Source of the DNA: Lepidodermella squamata | Lineage: Eukaryota; Animalia; Gastrotricha | Direction: 5' to 3' | DNA length: 64,000 bases | NCBI GenBank assembly: GCA_047495785.1 | Contig: JBLDXI010000048.1 | Coordinates: forward strand, 1,054,001 to 1,118,000 | Shown here: positions 60,424-64,000 of the stretch, piece by piece | Position numbering within the stretch: the stretch's first letter is position 1 | Layout of the letters: each line of letters starts with the position of its first letter | Made by a program: the position numbers and the translations under genes | The notes under the pieces: generated by a model | Database searches by the model: none | What the model saw: the letters and a program-made list of their open reading frames with translations, nothing else | What the model was told of the DNA's origin: nothing

Positions 60424-60431
60424 TATATAAA
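60424..60431 (+). promoter_or_regulatory. TATA box of the GH28 gene
   Basis: TATATAAA 72 nt upstream of the ATG, with an initiator-like TCATTTAGT ~25-30 nt downstream and GATA motifs (TTATCT) at ~60381 and ~60399. Confidence 0.55.
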
Positions 60432-60495
60432 TTGTGCATTCCCAAGTCATTTAGTGCAGTCCACCTTTCCTATTCTCTGAAAACAAGTAAAAGCG

Positions 60496-61860
60496 ATGAA
60501 GCTTTCAATTGTAACGCTAGTGGTGATCAGTTTGTACTGTAGAATTTCCCTGCAGCAAATCAGCATTGAGAACTTCGGCGCTGTCGCTGGGGTGTTTTCC
60601 AAGGCCCAGGCTCTTTCAAATGGTGCTGCTTTCGAGAAGGCCATCATCGCAGCTAATGCTTCGTCCTCTCCTGTAAATCGGCAAGTTCTGATCCCGGGCG
60701 GGAAAACCTTCTCGTTCCTACCTGCATCCGTCACTATCGACAAATTGATCAACATAACGATTCAGCTTGACGGCAATCTTTCTGCTTTCACGGATGATTT
60801 CACGCAGAACTGGCCCGGCTACCCGAATGTCTACAACATGATCCATCTCACCAATTGCACCAACTTGGCTATTCAAGGATCCGGCTCTATCTTGGGCAAC
60901 GGTTACGCCTGGTGGAATTACGTGATAACGAAAGGCAAAGACAACCGCCCTATCCTTTTGATGCTAGCATCGTCTTCTGGCATAACATTGACTGGGTTCC
61001 GACTGGAAAATGGTCCGAGGTTTCATATCAATTTGTACGATGTTGTAAATGCCCGCATTTCGAACTTGGCGATTTACGTCGACGTAGACGGTCAGAAAGA
61101 GCTTCTCAGAAATTCAGGATTGCTTTTCGAAAATCATCTAGGCATAACTATTCCAACCTTCCCTCTCAATACAGACGGTATCGACGTGGCTGGCAAAGAT
61201 GTTATCATAACTAATGTGACAATTCAGAACTTCGACGACGCCGTAGCTGTGAAACCAATGCACGCGGCTGGCCGTAGTAAATTCGGTTTGAACTGCACTC
61301 GAAATATCAACATCACCCATTCCAACGTAATTTTCGGGGTTGGCATGAGTATCGGCTCCGTCCCACCGAATCCTAACGTAAACTGCATCGATGGCGTTGA
61401 AGTGGTTGATGTGAATTTCACGACTCCGTTGAAGGCGATTTACATCAAGCCGAATCCTGGAGATCACGGGACTGGGCTTATCGCTAACATTGCTTATCGC
61501 GATATCAACATTCACCGTCCGTTGTGGTGGGCGATTTTTGTCGGCACCCAGCAGCAACATCAGCCGAAAGGTGTTAGTACTGGCTGCTCCTTTTTGTACC
61601 CGGCTTTCAAGTCGAAATGCGAAACTAATCCCAATGTTTCGATTCGTAACATCACGCTGCAAAGGGTGAATATTTATGACGGAGTTCTTTCGCCTGGGGT
61701 TATAATTGCGAATGTCTCGAATCCGGCGACTGGTTTCCTATTCGATAGCGTGAATGTGCATGGAGGTGGCAAGTGGCCCGTGAAAGACGGGCAATATCTG
61801 TGTACATACACGCAAGGAAAAGCTATAAATTCAAACCCTGTGCCGCCTTGTTTCACTTGA
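60496..61860 (+). CDS. Glycoside hydrolase family 28 (polygalacturonase-like), secreted, intronless
   Basis: Signal peptide, ENFGA, G.G.ILGNG.AWW, RP.LL, NTDGID, FDDAVAVK, G(V)GMSIGS and (Y)IK, plus beta-helix NIT/NV repeats. Confidence 0.92.
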   Translation: MKLSIVTLVVISLYCRISLQQISIENFGAVAGVFSKAQALSNGAAFEKAIIAANASSSPVNRQVLIPGGKTFSFLPASVTIDKLINITIQLDGNLSAFTDDFTQNWPGYPNVYNMIHLTNCTNLAIQGSGSILGNGYAWWNYVITKGKDNRPILLMLASSSGITLTGFRLENGPRFHINLYDVVNARISNLAIYVDVDGQKELLRNSGLLFENHLGITIPTFPLNTDGIDVAGKDVIITNVTIQNFDDAVAVKPMHAAGRSKFGLNCTRNINITHSNVIFGVGMSIGSVPPNPNVNCIDGVEVVDVNFTTPLKAIYIKPNPGDHGTGLIANIAYRDINIHRPLWWAIFVGTQQQHQPKGVSTGCSFLYPAFKSKCETNPNVSIRNITLQRVNIYDGVLSPGVIIANVSNPATGFLFDSVNVHGGGKWPVKDGQYLCTYTQGKAINSNPVPPCFT

Positions 61861-61942
61861 CAGACTATAAAGAGGTCATACGATTTTGAGGTGAATTATC
61901 TGTAAATAAAATGATGTTATCTATGGCGTAACCGAAGCTTGA

Positions 61943-62140
61943 TACTGCGTGTCCCAAGCAAAGAAAATACCCGGAAAAGGGTTTAGAAACTCTAAATTCT
62001 CCTGTCCAGATAAGTTAAAGAAAAATTAAAAAAATCTTGAACATAGTAATTAAGTATGTCAAGTAATTAGATTAAACAGTCCGGAGAAATTTGGTCCAGC
62101 CGCCTAAGCCGCGTAAAACTACTGAAAAATACCAAAACCC
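61943..62140 (-). mobile_element. Partial reverse copy of the 'TACAGCGTGTCCC' MITE family
   Basis: End tactgcgtgtccca. The reverse complement of 62044-62100 contains ggaccaaatttctccgga...tgacatactt at the same ~100-nt distance from the end as in the 41362 copy. Confidence 0.6.
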
Positions 62141-62174
62141 CTATCGGGATTTTCCGTTTTATTTCGGTAATTTT

Positions 62175-62922
62175 CTATTTCTTTGTGGTTAAATTGCGGA
62201 TAAAATATTCTCTAAGTAGGTTTAATTTAAAATGTTCTGCCAAATTAGAAACAGGTTCCGCAACTTTTCGAAGACGTTGTAGTTTTGTGAGGTCAACCCA
62301 AATGGCGCGTAAAGATTCGAAGGTTTTAACCAACGTCGCTTTATCAGTCGATTTATTCAGCTTCTTCCGAGATTTAGGTAGCTTGTGGCTTGTGAACGAG
62401 GTAAGCCACATTAACCTAAAAAAGCATTTCACCAGAGCGTTTTCGGATTCATTTAAAATTTGGATGAGGATGGATTCTTTGTAGAAGCGACTCCCTTTGT
62501 AGGGGCGGATTGTAGCTTCGAAGCTCAATGAAACCAGTGTCTTTCCAACCAGTCAGTCACAAATTTACTCGATTTTCCGTGCTTGATCAATACAATTAGT
62601 TTAAATCGGCTTGTAACGAACATTTCCCGGCACCGTACTGATGATAGAGTTTGAAGAATTAAACTCTCAACCTGATCTTACTAAATATGTGTTAAAAGTC
62701 TAGCGTGTTTGTAACCACTTTTTCAAGTATCGAATTGGGGTCTTCCTTTTACTGGAACCTAATTTGCTGTAACGGAACCAAATGTTGCAATTTTTCAGTG
62801 GCCTGAAATCACTTTTCGGATATTTCTCACGGGTCAAGATAGACCACAATAAATCTACAAAAATCACCGGTAAATTCAGCATGACAGTCTCTACAAGACA
62901 GAGTGTCCAATTCAGAACTCAT
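62175..62922 (-). pseudogene. Probable disrupted member of the SOCS-box family
   Basis: Acceptor ttttag|gcgaagcATG followed by MSSELDTLSCRDCH. After stops and frameshifts, ILIQILNESENALVKCFF...VKTFESLRAIWVDL resembles member B (LRFILRKIGSTFPKCFL...FKTYKCFLALGVSI). Ends at the MITE, with no SOCS box visible. Confidence 0.4.
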
Positions 62923-63103
62923 GCTTCGCCTAAAATTGGTAGAAATATTCAAAAAATTACTCTTGGCAGGTTTCGAATTTGGTTCCGCTAAAGCTAATTA
63001 GGTTCCGCTCACGGTAAATTTGGTTCCGCTAAAAGATCCAGTAGTCTGCTTCTGCACATATTTTCCGTTTTCTTTTCTAGTGAGGTTGCTTTACTTGGCT
63101 CAG

Positions 63104-64000
63104 ATGTTTGAGAAAACATATTGTCGTGATCATTTATGCGAGTTTTGCAAAGACTATTGTTTTCTCACGAGATACGACTTCTTGATTCAACTGATTGCTG
63201 AGTTGGGAACTTTGCTGGCAGAATATGTTGGAAAATATGTCGTAATAATATCGAATTCTTACGGCCAATGGTGGTTCCTGCAAATATTTGAAGGTCTTAG
63301 ACTCTGGCTTGACCTTAGGGGCGACAATGTTATAGTCATATTGCCTCACCAGGAGGAACGTGAAGCATTCCTGATCCCGCTGAATCAAACTCTAGCTAAC
63401 CTTGAAGAACGGGACGAGCTATCTTTCCTCATGTTGATTTTTCGAGTGCGTGTTCTGTCGAGTTTGCAAGATAAAACTCAATTAATATCGTTCCTCTGCC
63501 GAAATTGGTCGTATTTGCCGAAATGCGTCTTGTACTCAACAGTCATTCATCTGTTCGAAACCGATTGCGACATTGATACGTATCGAGCTCTGGCTGATGT
63601 TGGGATCTTCAATTATGGTTCCGGTCGGGTTTGCAGAGATGTAACTGAAATGGAATCATTTGCTGAATTCATTCGACGTCTCTGCTGGAAATGTTTAAAT
63701 TGTGTCAAGTTGGACTATCCTAAGGCGCCGCTGGGAGAGATGGACATTCAAAAAATTCGCGTTTTGACGGATTTAATCTCGCGAATTTCCGATGATGTCA
63801 AAGATCGGATCCAAAATTGGAATATATCCTTGGAATACCTTGTGGATTTCACAGACTTTGAAAACCATGTCGATGTGTTCCGCGACTACATCGATGCCTC
63901 AAATATTTATAGGAGCGAATGTTTTTTGATGGAATCATTCCTTTCCAAGAATTATTCTTTGGCGTTGGCATTACTTCAGGCTTCAAGCCCTCTCGACCGA
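63104..64000 (+). CDS. SOCS-box family member D (3' end beyond the window; absent from the ORF track)
   Basis: 299 uninterrupted codons from ATG 63104: MFEKTYCRDHLCEFCKDYCFL...LPKCVL...DTYRALADVG...LALLQAS. Family motifs occur in the same order as in members A-C. The SOCS box itself is not visible. Confidence 0.75.
   Translation, partial: MFEKTYCRDHLCEFCKDYCFLTRYDFLIQLIAELGTLLAEYVGKYVVIISNSYGQWWFLQIFEGLRLWLDLRGDNVIVILPHQEEREAFLIPLNQTLANLEERDELSFLMLIFRVRVLSSLQDKTQLISFLCRNWSYLPKCVLYSTVIHLFETDCDIDTYRALADVGIFNYGSGRVCRDVTEMESFAEFIRRLCWKCLNCVKLDYPKAPLGEMDIQKIRVLTDLISRISDDVKDRIQNWNISLEYLVDFTDFENHVDVFRDYIDASNIYRSECFLMESFLSKNYSLALALLQASSPLDR

Noticed and set aside
61138-61662. 174-aa minus-strand ORF inside GH28, and similar antisense ORFs within the ANK, CYP and PQQ-like genes
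   Set aside because: Overlap well-supported genes on the opposite strand and carry no motifs.

Overview
Eukaryotic (animal) genomic DNA from a compact, gene-dense invertebrate genome with mostly very short GT-AG introns (about 40-60 nt). I cannot assign the species from sequence alone. The window is a patchwork of small tandem gene families. In order: the last exon of a C-type lectin; two minimal Cys-loop ion-channel subunits; a CYP2-clan P450 with two decayed 3' fragments; a duplicated pair of small secreted Cys-rich peptides; two head-to-head GABA-B-like class C GPCRs enclosing four divergent serine proteases; a mucin/TSP1 membrane protein; two intronless prokaryote-like PQQ-repeat beta-propellers; a trypsin-fold protease; a CYP3-clan P450; and an intronless GH28 polygalacturonase-like gene. 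Several TA-flanked MITE families and a Harbinger transposase relic are interspersed. The most striking structure is at 41.8-64 kb. Three ~800-aa intronless ankyrin proteins, each with a hypervariable inserted loop and a C-terminal CaaX(M) farnesylation box, alternate with a highly divergent family of ~400-460-aa SOCS-box proteins. That family has three complete genes, one gene running off the window end (missed by the ORF track), a probable pseudogene and a near-identical inverted 5' fragment. Every member has a splice acceptor just upstream of its ATG. This is a candidate ankyrin-sensor or toxin plus Cullin-5 adaptor paired system. Its function is inference and needs testing. All identities quoted are by-eye alignments.
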